Below the pieces are notes generated by a model. That model saw only the letters and a list, made by a program, of their open reading frames with translations. It did not search any database and was not told where the DNA came from. This document shows positions 20,785 through 31,766 of a stretch of DNA of 64,000 nt, one piece after another. Made by a program: the position numbers and the translations under genes. Position 1 is the first letter of the stretch. Every line of letters begins with the position of its first letter. Origin of the DNA: Promethearchaeota archaeon (GTDB lineage Archaea; Asgardarchaeota; Lokiarchaeia; Sigyniarchaeales; SOKP01); assembly GCA_019057865.1 (NCBI GenBank), contig JAHLWP010000022.1, forward strand, positions 1-64,000, read 5' to 3'.

Positions 20785-23700
20785 TTATCTAAGAGCTTGT
20801 AAATTTTGGAAAACCAACTCATAATTTTGGAAGAATTTCTTCTTAAATAATTCAAGATCATGAGATTTAATTACTTCATAATAGTTTGTTGCTAGATTTA
20901 TATTTTCTTTAACCATTGTTCTCTCTCGGTATTCCCAGTAAAGATTTGCTTTAATAAGATATCGAATAAAATTGAAGATGTTTTGAATTAAAACAGAATC
21001 TTTTATGTCATCAAATATTTTTAAGTACTCAACTCTATCACAATACCAAACTAAATAATCGATGTATTGATCTAAATAACGTTCTGACCAGTTAATTCCA
21101 TAATTTTTAAGTAAATCTAGACAAAGTTTTTCTAGTATCTCAAAATCGATGATATTTCCATCATGGTTTAAGTAAAGATCCATTAGTTCCAATTTTACTA
21201 ATGGCAAATTCTCAACTTGTTTTATTGCAGTTTTCCATGTTTCTTTGTTCCATTTTTGAGGAATATTTAATTCTTGCGAGAAGGCAATTTCAAAAGGAAA
21301 TTCATTCAAGCTAAATTCTGGATCAATTTCTCTATATATTGTTTTTAATCGCTGAAATTCTTTTCTTTTAATATTTAAATAATCTGTTTGATGAACAGCG
21401 TTAATGAAAGGGATAATATTTTTGGATTCCAAGGTATTATTGAATAAAGAATTGTATGGGCTTCTATATAAGCTACCAATTACATTAATATCAAATAATG
21501 GTCCTTGATACAGAGAAGGATCAATAAATTTTGGTTCTATCTCTTTAGATTTAGTATTTTTAATATTCTCTAAATATAATTGTAATTGTAATTGTATCCC
21601 TAAGAACTGGAAATATTGATAATTTTTAAATCTGTCCAGTACTGATTTAATATTTAAAATATAATTTTCCTCTTCTGTATTATCTGAATCCATTATTATT
21701 TGAGAAGAGATATTAGTAAGATGGTTAACTTTATTAATTAATCTTTTTGCTAGGGTTGTGTATTTAGGATTTTGGAACGAAAAATTCTGGAATAAATAGA
21801 TTTTTATGAATATATTGATTAAATATGGGATTTCTTTGTCAAAATCACGGATTTCTTCTATAATATCTTTATTTTTTATTAAACCTTTCCTTGGTTCATA
21901 AATTTGTGCAATTATTTCAGGATTTTCAATCTTAAAATGTTGATCTTCCTCTTTTATTTTAAGATATAATTGAATAAAATTTAATGCCATTGGTTTTTTT
22001 AATCGAGATTTATTATAAATTTCAACATCCAGCTTTTTATTGATATCCGGGTTATTATCTAAGGCTCCTAGAAAATAATAAGTCAAAGCAGCTCGATAAT
22101 TTTCCTTTCTTTCATGAAATATGGCTAATTCTCTTAATAATAACCTGAAGTATTCGAGATCAGTTTGTATCTTTATTTTATCTTGAAAATCTTCCTTTAA
22201 AAAGAATTCTTTGTCAAAATTTCCTTTAATGTCCAAAAAACTAAGTAAATCAAAATCAATAGGTATAATTTCTATGAAATTTTCCAAAATTTTTATTTTT
22301 TCTTTTAAGCTTATTTGAATTCTCTTAAATATTGTATTAAATTCATCTAAATTAGTGAATTTTATATAATACTGGAGAATAAATTTTGCTAAATCTAAAT
22401 CTCTATTGTCTATATCGATTAATTTATTTAATAAAGAATAAATTCCCTTTCTGGAATCAATTTGAACACCATCTAAGAAGATATTAATCTTCTGTTTTAA
22501 AAATTGTATCTGAATCTTTTGAGAAAAGTTCTCCTTAACAAGATTAAAAATCTCATTGAACTTTTCTATTATATTTGGCTGATTTCCCTCTAATTTAACA
22601 AAATTTGAAAAACGTCTAATTCTTTCGAAAAAAGTTCTTATAATAAATGAACTTTTAAGAAAATCCGCTTCATCTTCCATTCCTATATTATATTTCTTAA
22701 TTGTTTCGAAAATATCATCAGATAAGTAAGAATAACTCAATCTTAATCTTGGAAAATCTGTTCTGGTCTCATTTTGGAATTTTTTATATAATTTATTGTC
22801 TATTTTATGAAAAATTCTTAGAAGAAACAATAGATGACTTTTTTTATATATGAGCTCTGTAGATTGAACTAAATCTGAGGATTTTAATTTACCTTCAATA
22901 TCTTTTGCTAATTTCTTAATTATATTTTCTAGATATTTAATAACACCCTGATCTGATGAATATTGACTCAAGAAAAAATCTTCAATAGTGTTTTTGATAT
23001 TATTTGGCAAGCTAATTGACGAAAGCAGAAGTTTTTCTCTATACTCCATTTTTTCTTTCACTGGGAGTAATTCTAACGGAGGTCTAATCTCTATTCGTTT
23101 TTCAGATTTCAATTCTAGAATATTTAAGAAGCTGAAGATATATTCACGGATATAGATAATTAGACAAATCTTAAATTGTTGAAAAAAATCTATTAAATTG
23201 TCTTTTTCACTTCTTAAAACGATTTCATAACTGTTAGACAGAATGGAATGTGAGAATTGTAGTAAGAAATGGAAATAATCCTCGAGTTTTACATTCGGAA
23301 ACTCCCAGCATAATAGAAATTTTGGAAAGATTGTCTCAATTTCTTTTTTAAGAACATTTAAGATTGGATCCTCAGAGATAAGAAAATAGTTTATATAATC
23401 ATCAACAAAAGTTTTTTGCTCTTGCACCTCTCTATAAGAGAAGGATTCTAATAGCTCATTTGTTTTTAGCTGTTCGATAATATTATTAAACGAGAAAGTC
23501 GATAATCTGAAAATCTCTCTGAATCTCTTATATTTTCCATCTGGATGATTGATTATTAAATGAATAACTAGGTTTACATAATTCTTAAATTCTAAATATA
23601 ATAATTTTATATCAAATTGAAAATACTTCAAATAAGAATAAATATCAATTAGAAAATCTCGGAATTTAAGATCTGGATATTCTTGGAAGACATTTGGGAA

Positions 23701-24033
23701 ATGAGTTTTAAGATATCTTATTAAAAGATTTAAAATAGTCTGCCAATCTGTTCGATCTTCCATCCATTGATTAATTCTAAACTTTTTTAGATCTTGTTTT
23801 CTAAGATTATGATATTTCTCAGTTAAACGATACTTAGTTCTATAACGTGACTCAGGAGTATCATAGTCTTCAATTAAATTTAGACTCTTCAATTTTTTTA
23901 GATATTTTGATAAGCTCGTCCCGCTACTTAATTTTTCGCCTCCCTTTTGTTGAATCTCTGTATATGACAAGTCTTCTTTTTCTAAAAGATTGATAATAAA
24001 TTCTTCTCTCTTATGAAGATCAAAATTTTCCAT
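20785..24033 (-). CDS. Large protein with N-terminal winged HTH and helical body
   Basis: LSYTEIQ...SSGTSLSKYLKKLKSLNLIE...KYRLTEK wHTH; ATG at 24033. Confidence 0.7.
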   Translation of the reverse strand: MENFDLHKREEFIINLLEKEDLSYTEIQQKGGEKLSSGTSLSKYLKKLKSLNLIEDYDTPESRYRTKYRLTEKYHNLRKQDLKKFRINQWMEDRTDWQTILNLLIRYLKTHFPNVFQEYPDLKFRDFLIDIYSYLKYFQFDIKLLYLEFKNYVNLVIHLIINHPDGKYKRFREIFRLSTFSFNNIIEQLKTNELLESFSYREVQEQKTFVDDYINYFLISEDPILNVLKKEIETIFPKFLLCWEFPNVKLEDYFHFLLQFSHSILSNSYEIVLRSEKDNLIDFFQQFKICLIIYIREYIFSFLNILELKSEKRIEIRPPLELLPVKEKMEYREKLLLSSISLPNNIKNTIEDFFLSQYSSDQGVIKYLENIIKKLAKDIEGKLKSSDLVQSTELIYKKSHLLFLLRIFHKIDNKLYKKFQNETRTDFPRLRLSYSYLSDDIFETIKKYNIGMEDEADFLKSSFIIRTFFERIRRFSNFVKLEGNQPNIIEKFNEIFNLVKENFSQKIQIQFLKQKINIFLDGVQIDSRKGIYSLLNKLIDIDNRDLDLAKFILQYYIKFTNLDEFNTIFKRIQISLKEKIKILENFIEIIPIDFDLLSFLDIKGNFDKEFFLKEDFQDKIKIQTDLEYFRLLLRELAIFHERKENYRAALTYYFLGALDNNPDINKKLDVEIYNKSRLKKPMALNFIQLYLKIKEEDQHFKIENPEIIAQIYEPRKGLIKNKDIIEEIRDFDKEIPYLINIFIKIYLFQNFSFQNPKYTTLAKRLINKVNHLTNISSQIIMDSDNTEEENYILNIKSVLDRFKNYQYFQFLGIQLQLQLYLENIKNTKSKEIEPKFIDPSLYQGPLFDINVIGSLYRSPYNSLFNNTLESKNIIPFINAVHQTDYLNIKRKEFQRLKTIYREIDPEFSLNEFPFEIAFSQELNIPQKWNKETWKTAIKQVENLPLVKLELMDLYLNHDGNIIDFEILEKLCLDLLKNYGINWSERYLDQYIDYLVWYCDRVEYLKIFDDIKDSVLIQNIFNFIRYLIKANLYWEYRERTMVKENINLATNYYEVIKSHDLELFKKKFFQNYELVFQNLQALR

Positions 24034-24050
24034 TTTGGTAGTAACTTCGA

Positions 24051-24067
24051 TAGTAAGTATTTTACTA
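24051..24067. promoter_or_regulatory. Candidate operator between divergent genes
   Basis: TAGTAA-N5-TTACTA inverted repeat, with TGGTAGT repeated on either side. Confidence 0.35.
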
Positions 24068-24124
24068 CACAAAATGGTAGTTAAATATTAAAATCTTTTT
24101 ATTATAATTAAGGTGATATAAAAA

Positions 24125-24577
24125 ATGGAAGAAGTAAAAATAATTGTTGATGGCTCTAATGTAGCTTTTTTCAAAAGAAATCCGAATAAAAAAGCTATGT
24201 TAAAGAATTTGGAAATAGTCATTTCATTTCTGGAAGGTTTATCAACTAAATTTCCAATTAAATATGAAATTATTACTGACGCTTCATTGAGTCACCGAAT
24301 CGATAATAAAACAGGGTTAGACAATTTATATAGAACGGGAAAAATATTACAATGCCCCAGCAAAATACAAGCAGATGAGTTCTTATTAGAATTTTTTAAA
24401 CAACATCCCGAAGAAACCTTAATTATTTCAAATGATAATTTCTCAGAGTTTCAGGGAATAAATCCAGTTGTTTGTAAATTTATGATAATGTTAGATGAGA
24501 TGATCATCTTACCAAATATATCTTCTTTTTTTAATGAAATTATAACTTCACAGGCAGAGGGGAAAGCAATTGCCTAA
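24125..24577 (+). CDS. NYN/PIN ribonuclease (Zc3h12a/Regnase-like)
   Basis: IVDGSNVA, ADEFLL, IISNDNFSEF. Confidence 0.85.
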   Translation: MEEVKIIVDGSNVAFFKRNPNKKAMLKNLEIVISFLEGLSTKFPIKYEIITDASLSHRIDNKTGLDNLYRTGKILQCPSKIQADEFLLEFFKQHPEETLIISNDNFSEFQGINPVVCKFMIMLDEMIILPNISSFFNEIITSQAEGKAIA

Positions 24578-25547
24578 TAATTTTCGATGGTTAGATTTTA
24601 AAATCACTAATAGATGCAATAATAATTGTGTATATTGTCAAGGAGAAAATGATTCTCCAAATGTTCCTGAAAAGCTGTCTTTTGAAGTGATAAGAGACAC
24701 CTTAGAAGATGCTCTTGAAGCTAATTTTAATTATATCTGCTTTTTAGGAGGTGAACCCTCAATCCGTAGAGACATTACTGAAATTATTAAAGTTGTTGGA
24801 GAAACTCCCGATGTTAATTTGAGACTCATTACTAATCTTAAGATTTATAGAGAAGAAATGTATAAAGCTTTATTTGATACTCATAGTTGCGATGCAGAAA
24901 TTGTAGCTTCATTTGAAAATTTTTCTTATCCAAACTATAAAAGAGTTGATCCTAAGGTCTCTTTCAAAAGAATTGAAAAAATTAATAATTTAGCCAAGAT
25001 TTCTCAAAAAAGATTTAACAATTCTAAAAAGAGGTCAATATCGCTTCACTCGGTTGTATCCCAGGAGAATTTCCATAAAATTGGTAAATTCGTGGACTTC
25101 TTTTATAATAAGGGGATAGATATTTCCCTAGGCTTAGTATGCCCTTCTATATTTACAGATAATCCTACAACTTATAATGAATTCCAGAAATCAGAGATTC
25201 AGGTTATAATCGATCAGTTAGATATATTGGAACATGAAGGAAAACTCAATTTTGCCAATAAAGTGCTGAGAGACTTTTTACAAATCTATACTTTTGGAGA
25301 ATTCTCTCACAGGGCCGATTGTTGGGCAGGTAAAAAACAAGTTATTATTAATTCTGATGGTCAAGTATTTCCCTGTATCTCTGAAAGTTACCTAACAACC
25401 AATAATTATGGTAATATCAAAGAAGAGAGATTCGGTTCTATTTTAAAAAGATTGGAAAATTTCTCTTGTTCTTTAGCTCCAAACTCAGCATGTTGGGATC
25501 ATTTTTTATGGGATAGATTAGCAAAAAAAATCGAGGAGGGGGAATAA
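24570..25547 (+). CDS. Radical SAM protein with SPASM/twitch-like C-terminus
   Basis: CNNNCVYC, LGGEP, CWAG...INSDGQVFPC. Confidence 0.9.
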   Translation: MPNNFRWLDFKITNRCNNNCVYCQGENDSPNVPEKLSFEVIRDTLEDALEANFNYICFLGGEPSIRRDITEIIKVVGETPDVNLRLITNLKIYREEMYKALFDTHSCDAEIVASFENFSYPNYKRVDPKVSFKRIEKINNLAKISQKRFNNSKKRSISLHSVVSQENFHKIGKFVDFFYNKGIDISLGLVCPSIFTDNPTTYNEFQKSEIQVIIDQLDILEHEGKLNFANKVLRDFLQIYTFGEFSHRADCWAGKKQVIINSDGQVFPCISESYLTTNNYGNIKEERFGSILKRLENFSCSLAPNSACWDHFLWDRLAKKIEEGE

Positions 25548-25548
25548 A

Positions 25549-26280
25549 ATAATACCAAAAACTATTTCGCTAGTTATTCCAACCCATAATCGAGTAAAAA
25601 TGCTTCAGAGATTATTACGATCCGTCAACGCTCTTAATGCTTCTCCAAATGAGGTAATTGTTATAAATGATGGATCTAACGACCAGTCTTCCACATTTCT
25701 AAAAAGTTGGGAATCTGATAAACATGAATTTACACCGATTGTCCTCAATAATCCAATTTCTGAGGGTCCTGGGGTCGCAAGAAATATGGGAATTCAGCTA
25801 GCATCTTCAGAAGCCATCGCTTTTACTGATGATGACTGTATATTACTCCCTTCGTGGATAAAGGCGATAAAATATTCCAAATACTGGAATAAAGATGAAA
25901 TTGCCGGAATAGGAGGGAAAGTAATCCATCTAAGAAAGGGTGCAGTAAGCGAATATTATTCATATCATCGTATTTTAGAACCTCCAAAATATAATCAATA
26001 TTTAGTAACTGCAAATTGTTGCTATTTAAGAGATTGTTTGTTGGAAGTTAATGGATTTGATGAGACACATAAATATCCTGGAGGTGAAGATAATGGTCTC
26101 AGCTTTAAATTGGTTAATAGAGGGTATAATTTTAGGTTTGAGACAAATATGATTGTTATCCATGATTATCGCACTTCTTTATTTTCTTTTCTTAAAACAT
26201 TTTACAGGTATGGAAAAGGTTGTGCAGAAATTTCATTTAAATATCTTACAAATAAATCAGCATCAACAATGGAGGGATAA
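25549..26280 (+). CDS. Family 2 glycosyltransferase; probable ATA start
   Basis: ISLVIPTHNR lies upstream of the ATG at 25600; INDGS, ARNMG, FTDDD, GGED. Confidence 0.88.
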   Translation: MIPKTISLVIPTHNRVKMLQRLLRSVNALNASPNEVIVINDGSNDQSSTFLKSWESDKHEFTPIVLNNPISEGPGVARNMGIQLASSEAIAFTDDDCILLPSWIKAIKYSKYWNKDEIAGIGGKVIHLRKGAVSEYYSYHRILEPPKYNQYLVTANCCYLRDCLLEVNGFDETHKYPGGEDNGLSFKLVNRGYNFRFETNMIVIHDYRTSLFSFLKTFYRYGKGCAEISFKYLTNKSASTMEG

Positions 26281-26281
26281 T

Positions 26282-26527
26282 ATGACTTTATTTGAAATAA
26301 TGGGGTTTTCTGAAATAAAAGATCCTGGTTGGAGCTATAATACTCTAAGACCACCTCTGAAAATTAAGGAAATTCTTTTAGATATGAAATATCAATGGTT
26401 TTCATATCGTCAGAGTAAAATGACCCTCATTAAAAGAATCAGATTTTTGATATTACGTATTTTTCAAAGAATTGCGTATAATCTTGGCTGGATCTTGGTC
26501 ACAAATAAATGTAAAAAAGAATCATAG
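26282..26527 (+). CDS. Small protein resembling a detached GT2 C-terminal segment
   Basis: ATG at 26282 after GGAGG; RFLILRIFQRIAYNLGW amphipathic tail. Confidence 0.5.
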   Translation: MTLFEIMGFSEIKDPGWSYNTLRPPLKIKEILLDMKYQWFSYRQSKMTLIKRIRFLILRIFQRIAYNLGWILVTNKCKKES

Positions 26528-26535
26528 GGGGAAAG

Positions 26536-27849
26536 ATGATGAATGACAAATTTATGCTTAAGAATGCTAAAGAGATATTTCAAACTGCCTCTAATATTTA
26601 TTTAAGAAGATATGACCTAAGTAATGAGTGGTCCAAACTTTCAAATTATATTGAAAACCATCAAAAAGTGATTGGAAGGGGACCATTTATGTATGATTTA
26701 ATTGAGGATTTATTAGATGATTTAAAGGATTTCATTAAAATTAAAGTTTTAGAAAGTTTATATCAGAAGGATAGTGAATGGTTTTTCAATACTGGACAAT
26801 ATATCTTCTATAACCTCTCCCAATGGATTAATCATGGGAACTTTGAGAGTAGTTATACCTTCAATGATTTTAAGGAAATATGGTGGACTAAATTTTTAGA
26901 ATTAGGCAATAAGAACTTTAAGGAAACGGTTGCCTATCCAGGTAAAATTTTGTTAGAACTCACTAATAATTGTAATTTAAATTGTATTATGTGTGGAATT
27001 GGGAAAAGTGGTTATAATCCTGATAGAAATATGTCTACTGATTTATTAAACTCTCTTTCTGAAAATGTTCTTAATCACGCAGAATTAATTCGATTAAATG
27101 GATTAGGAGAATCAACTATTTTACCAAATTTTTTAGAATATTTAGCGATATTAAGCAATTTAAATCCTCAATTAGAGATTGTTACTAATCTAACTGTATC
27201 TAATCCCAAAATCTGGGACAATTTGTTAGAAATGAATACCAATTTCTTAATTTCATGCGATAGCTCAACTTCTCATCTTTTTGAATCAATCAGAAGAGGA
27301 GCAAGTTTCTCTAGTTTCAAGAAAAATTTACGGTATATTGGAAATAATTTATCAAATCCACTTCAGGGTCAGATAATTTTTACATTAATGGAATGTAATA
27401 TCCATGAAATAGCTAAAGTGGTTGATCTTGCCGCTGAAATGGGATTAGGAGGGGTTATTGTCAATGTTGTTAAATCAGACTCTCCCCAGAGTGGATGGAT
27501 GCATCAAAGAATCGATGATATAATGGATATGTTTCATAAAGCGCATGATCTCGCAATTTCTTATAATATTGCCTTGAAATTACCCGATCACTTAGGGAAC
27601 AATCCTGTTAATAGAAGTATAGCTAATCCTTCTTGTCATTTATATTGTAATAATCCTTGGGAAGAAGTTTATATTAGATATAATGGCGATCTTACTGCCT
27701 GTAATATGTTAAATCCCTATATTTATGGGAATTGTCAATACAACTCCTTTGAAGATGTTTGGAATGGTATAAATGCCGAATTATTTAGAACTTTTGTAAA
27801 TACAAACTTTCGGCATTATTATTGTAAAGAATGTTATTATTTAGTTTGA
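26536..27849 (+). CDS. Radical SAM/SPASM protein with ~130-aa N-terminal extension
   Basis: CNLNCIMC, GLGES, CNNPW...NGDLTAC...CKEC. Confidence 0.9.
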   Translation: MMNDKFMLKNAKEIFQTASNIYLRRYDLSNEWSKLSNYIENHQKVIGRGPFMYDLIEDLLDDLKDFIKIKVLESLYQKDSEWFFNTGQYIFYNLSQWINHGNFESSYTFNDFKEIWWTKFLELGNKNFKETVAYPGKILLELTNNCNLNCIMCGIGKSGYNPDRNMSTDLLNSLSENVLNHAELIRLNGLGESTILPNFLEYLAILSNLNPQLEIVTNLTVSNPKIWDNLLEMNTNFLISCDSSTSHLFESIRRGASFSSFKKNLRYIGNNLSNPLQGQIIFTLMECNIHEIAKVVDLAAEMGLGGVIVNVVKSDSPQSGWMHQRIDDIMDMFHKAHDLAISYNIALKLPDHLGNNPVNRSIANPSCHLYCNNPWEEVYIRYNGDLTACNMLNPYIYGNCQYNSFEDVWNGINAELFRTFVNTNFRHYYCKECYYLV

Positions 27850-27868
27850 ACGAAATTTGGTGAGATCT

Positions 27869-27982
27869 ATGAATAAAGATTTTAATAAAATTTGGAGGGA
27901 AGCGGACTGGACTTTTCAAGCAAGAATTTTGCATAATTTTCGGGGATATGATCATTCAAAAATGAAGGGAAAGATAATTTAA
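27869..27982 (+). CDS. Short peptide ORF (37 aa; 51 aa if one base is frameshifted)
   Basis: GGTGA SD at 27859-27863; MNKDFNKIWREADWTFQARILHNFRGYDHSKMKGKII. Confidence 0.5.
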   Translation: MNKDFNKIWREADWTFQARILHNFRGYDHSKMKGKII

Positions 27983-28335
27983 AGAAGAATTATCTGAAAT
28001 GCTGAAGTCGTTAGATAAAGCCTAAAAAACAATAAGAGATGTCTATCATCTGTTTCTGAATAAAAAATTTGATAAAAAATTAATAAAATCATTTTTTTAG
28101 ATAAAAAGAGATTGAATTTCTGATTGAGGATTTTACTGGGATTACAGACCGAGATTAATAAAAGGGGAACTCCCATATACAGTTTTCGTTAGATTTAGTG
28201 GGAAGAGTATCAATTTGAAAAACCTATTAAAATTCTTTTCTTTACCAATTTCTTTCATAATTAAGATTATTTTGCAAAGATTTTTATAAATGAAAGTAGA
28301 TTATTTTATAAAGATCATTAGAAATAGTTCTTAAG

Positions 28336-29577
28336 TTGAATCCAGAAGATAGAATCCTTGAACTAAACCAATTAATTCAAGAGCCAGAATTTATTGAATT
28401 ACGCGATCTTTTACAAAGTAAATTCAATATTTTTCAATTTTTTGGCATAGAGACTAGGGAAATTTCTTACTCCAAATTAATAAGTAGGCTTTTAGACCCT
28501 TTTGCTAATCATGGGTTAGGAGATATTTTCTTAAAGGAATTTTTAAAGTCATTAATACGAGATTCAGAGAGATATAAAAGATTTAAAGAGCTGAAAATAG
28601 AGTATATTGATATCGATTGTGCTGTTTTTGATGATATTAGCATTTTCGTTGAAAAGACAATCGTTTCCAAAAAAGCGAGAATCGATATTTTGTTAGAATT
28701 ACATATTGAAAATGAGCGTTGGATTTTAGCAATAGAGAACAAGATTTTTTCTAAGGAAAGTCCAGAGCAAACAATAACTTATGCACAAGAATTATCACAA
28801 AGATATCTTGATGATAAAACCAAATTAATTTGTATTTTCCTTACTCCTCAAGGGGATATCCCTTCTAGTGATATATTTTTGTCATATTCGTGGGAGGAAG
28901 TGTATCAAATTTTAAAGATTATACAGGAGAGATCTGACATAACTGATGACATTAGACTATTTCTAAATCAATTTTCAGATTCGATTGAGGTTTTTATTAT
29001 GGATAATCCTAGATTAAATGAGTTGTGTGAAAAGTTATTTAATAAATATCCCGATGTTCTTGATTTTCTTTTAAAAAGATATTCAAATTATCAACAGACA
29101 CCTGGAACTGAGTTGATAAGTCTAATTGAGAAAGAATTAAAGGAAAAGTATCAAAAAGAATGGGAATTTTTTTCAGGATCAAATTGGATAAAATTTTTCA
29201 AGAAAGAATGGAAAGATATCCAAGATAAAAATAACTGGGTAAAAGCTAAGACACAGTATTTTAGCTTAATTACATTTCATTGTGAATTAACTGATAAAAA
29301 TGACCTAAGATTATATTTTTATTCATATGGTTATGATCCAGAAGATTTACGCAGGAAATTTAAAGATAATTTCATGTCACGCTCAAGAACTGTGAATTCT
29401 CCTTATAATAAATATTTGAGCACTAATTTGAATGTTAGGAACATGTTTAATTTTCCAGTTGTTAAGGATCTTGATCAAAAAAGTGAGGAAGATATAGTAA
29501 AATCATTTCTTACTGAATTAGACAAGATATTTAAAGATTATATACCTATATTTGATGATCTTATAAAGAATTTGTGA
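28336..29577 (+). CDS. PD-(D/E)XK nuclease superfamily protein (PDDEXK_4-like)
   Basis: FNIF...E...S..I..LLDP...HGLG..FL, RIDI, IENKI...EQ...Y. Confidence 0.85.
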   Translation: MNPEDRILELNQLIQEPEFIELRDLLQSKFNIFQFFGIETREISYSKLISRLLDPFANHGLGDIFLKEFLKSLIRDSERYKRFKELKIEYIDIDCAVFDDISIFVEKTIVSKKARIDILLELHIENERWILAIENKIFSKESPEQTITYAQELSQRYLDDKTKLICIFLTPQGDIPSSDIFLSYSWEEVYQILKIIQERSDITDDIRLFLNQFSDSIEVFIMDNPRLNELCEKLFNKYPDVLDFLLKRYSNYQQTPGTELISLIEKELKEKYQKEWEFFSGSNWIKFFKKEWKDIQDKNNWVKAKTQYFSLITFHCELTDKNDLRLYFYSYGYDPEDLRRKFKDNFMSRSRTVNSPYNKYLSTNLNVRNMFNFPVVKDLDQKSEEDIVKSFLTELDKIFKDYIPIFDDLIKNL

Positions 29578-29839
29578 TAATAATAGAATATTTAATTTTT
29601 TGATTCAAATTATTTATTTTATAGATAATATTTTCAATACGAACAACAATACCTTCATGGTTTACAGAAAATTTATTTTCTGCAAATAAAAAGCGTATCC
29701 TCTCCCTTGAGTAAGCCAAGTTCTCTAGCTTTTACAGTATGGAAGAAACTTTTGATAAATTATTTACTCTTTTGATTAAAAATTCTAGATAGGAAATATC
29801 AAGACAAATGAATTAAAGCTTATTGATTTGATATAAGTT

Positions 29840-30109
29840 TTGGTATCGTCGATATCATTATACAATCTGGGAAAAAATTCTCAAAGAAATTCAATAAAAA
29901 ATGAAATTTCAACATTGACAACTGAAAAAACAGATATAACTGAACACAGAGAAATAGAAGATATTTCTATAGTTATTATTAAATTACAAAATGATAAATG
30001 GTATGCTGGTAAAACTGAGAACGTGGAAAGTTTTACAGATGAAATAAAAAATGGTAATGGCCTTCGTTGGACTCAATTTCATAATATATATAAGATATAT
30101 CTTGTTTAA
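29840..30109 (+). pseudogene. Truncated GIY-YIG-like nuclease fragment
   Basis: IIKLQNDKWYAGKTEN...GNGLRWT, then an abrupt end. Confidence 0.5.
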
Positions 30110-30734
30110 TTAAATTCATTTCTGTATCATAATCTGGCTGAAATTCTGTTCTCCATTCAATTACAAATAAATACACTTTTGTTTTATTTGCCTCAATTAT
30201 ATACCGACGGAATGAATACTCTTCAGAGGTTCCCACCGTAGGATACATCTCAAATCCGGATTGAACTGTATAAGACTTATCTCTAACATCGCTGAGAGCG
30301 ATTATTATATATGCAGTTAACTTGTTTAAAAAATTTAAGAAGAAAGAGAATATCAATCTATTCTTGTTCTATTGATTTTATTATATAATAATTGATTTGG
30401 TAAATTGACTTAGTTTTGAAGTCTTTCCAATTAAAAAAACTTCAGGTAATTCTCTTAAAATTATAAAATAACTATGTTCAGGATTTGCTTCATAATTAGA
30501 TCGCCATAAAGTATATTTAATTCCATTTTCAACTATATTATTTGATTCATAATTACCCAGCAAATCAAGAGTTTCAGGAACTTCACCTGAAGGACCAAAT
30601 TTGAAATCCAATACTTTCCAATTCTCATCAATTTTAACTCTAAACTCAAAAGGGTTTATATACCCATATTTAGGTGAGATTTCTAAACAAAAATTATCTT
30701 TATATTTATAATATTTAAAATTAAAGTCCAGTTC

Positions 30735-31766
30735 TTATTTACAATATTCTTTAATTAACCATTCGAAATATTGTAATAGTTTTCCTTTCCACAAACTTTC
30801 TAATTGATCTAATGAGTCATATACTATTTCAATAAATGAATCAAGGTCAAATGGAGTTTTAGGTAATACTTTTTTATTTCTTAAGCAAATGACTTTCTTT
30901 CCAAGAGATAGGAACATACCTGCCTCAAGATATGCATTGACATTTTCAGGACTTAGTAATAAGATACCAAAATCATAAGCTCGAGCGATTTTACAGAATT
31001 CACAGGTCTTTACTCCCAATCCTGTAATTTTTTTAGGTAAATCAATTTGAATATATGGATTTTTATTTATCTCGTCAATTAAGTCGAAGATTCTTTCAAT
31101 TTCCATTTTGTAGTCTGTAAATTTTTTTTCAGGGAATTTATACATAAAAAATCCATGTATTTTTTGTTTTTCAATGATTTTTTTAATCTCATTTTTTTGA
31201 TTGCAAATTGAGTCTAAATTTCTTGGAAATAAATTACATCTTTCCAATTTATCTTTTAAAATTAAATAATGTATTCTATGTTTTGTTTTTAATATTAAAT
31301 CCAGTTTTTCTCTATATGTAATATCAATAGATTTTATTAATTCTTCACAAGCTGTCATTCCTTGAACATTTTTGATTGAATTAAATAAATCTTTAGCTTC
31401 TGAAATAACATCTTTTGCTTTTTCATATTGATATTGATTAATTAAATCTTTAGCTTCATTTAATAAGTTAGAGGCATTAAAAGTAGTATTTCCAACATTA
31501 TGAATAATTACATCACGATAATATCTATCAGATCGAGGATCATTAAAATGATTTTCATCAACATAATAACCAGAAGATTGTGCTCCAATTGGAATTTGAG
31601 AATCGGGGATTTTTCCAGTCCAATTTTTTTGGTGTTCATTATATTTCAAATCAGATAAGCCCCAACTTTCTTCAGGAACTCCGGGAAAATAATTCTTTAA
31701 CTTCAACTTTTTTCTTTCTCCCGTCTCAGGATCCTCATAATCTAGATACTCATCCGGATAATGCAA
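30735..31766 (-). CDS. Protein with C-terminal NDT/TIR-like domain
   Basis: CEFCKIARAYDFGILLLSPENVNAYLEAGMFLSLGKKVICL; central TPR-like helix pair. Confidence 0.6.
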   Translation of the reverse strand: MHYPDEYLDYEDPETGERKKLKLKNYFPGVPEESWGLSDLKYNEHQKNWTGKIPDSQIPIGAQSSGYYVDENHFNDPRSDRYYRDVIIHNVGNTTFNASNLLNEAKDLINQYQYEKAKDVISEAKDLFNSIKNVQGMTACEELIKSIDITYREKLDLILKTKHRIHYLILKDKLERCNLFPRNLDSICNQKNEIKKIIEKQKIHGFFMYKFPEKKFTDYKMEIERIFDLIDEINKNPYIQIDLPKKITGLGVKTCEFCKIARAYDFGILLLSPENVNAYLEAGMFLSLGKKVICLRNKKVLPKTPFDLDSFIEIVYDSLDQLESLWKGKLLQYFEWLIKEYCK

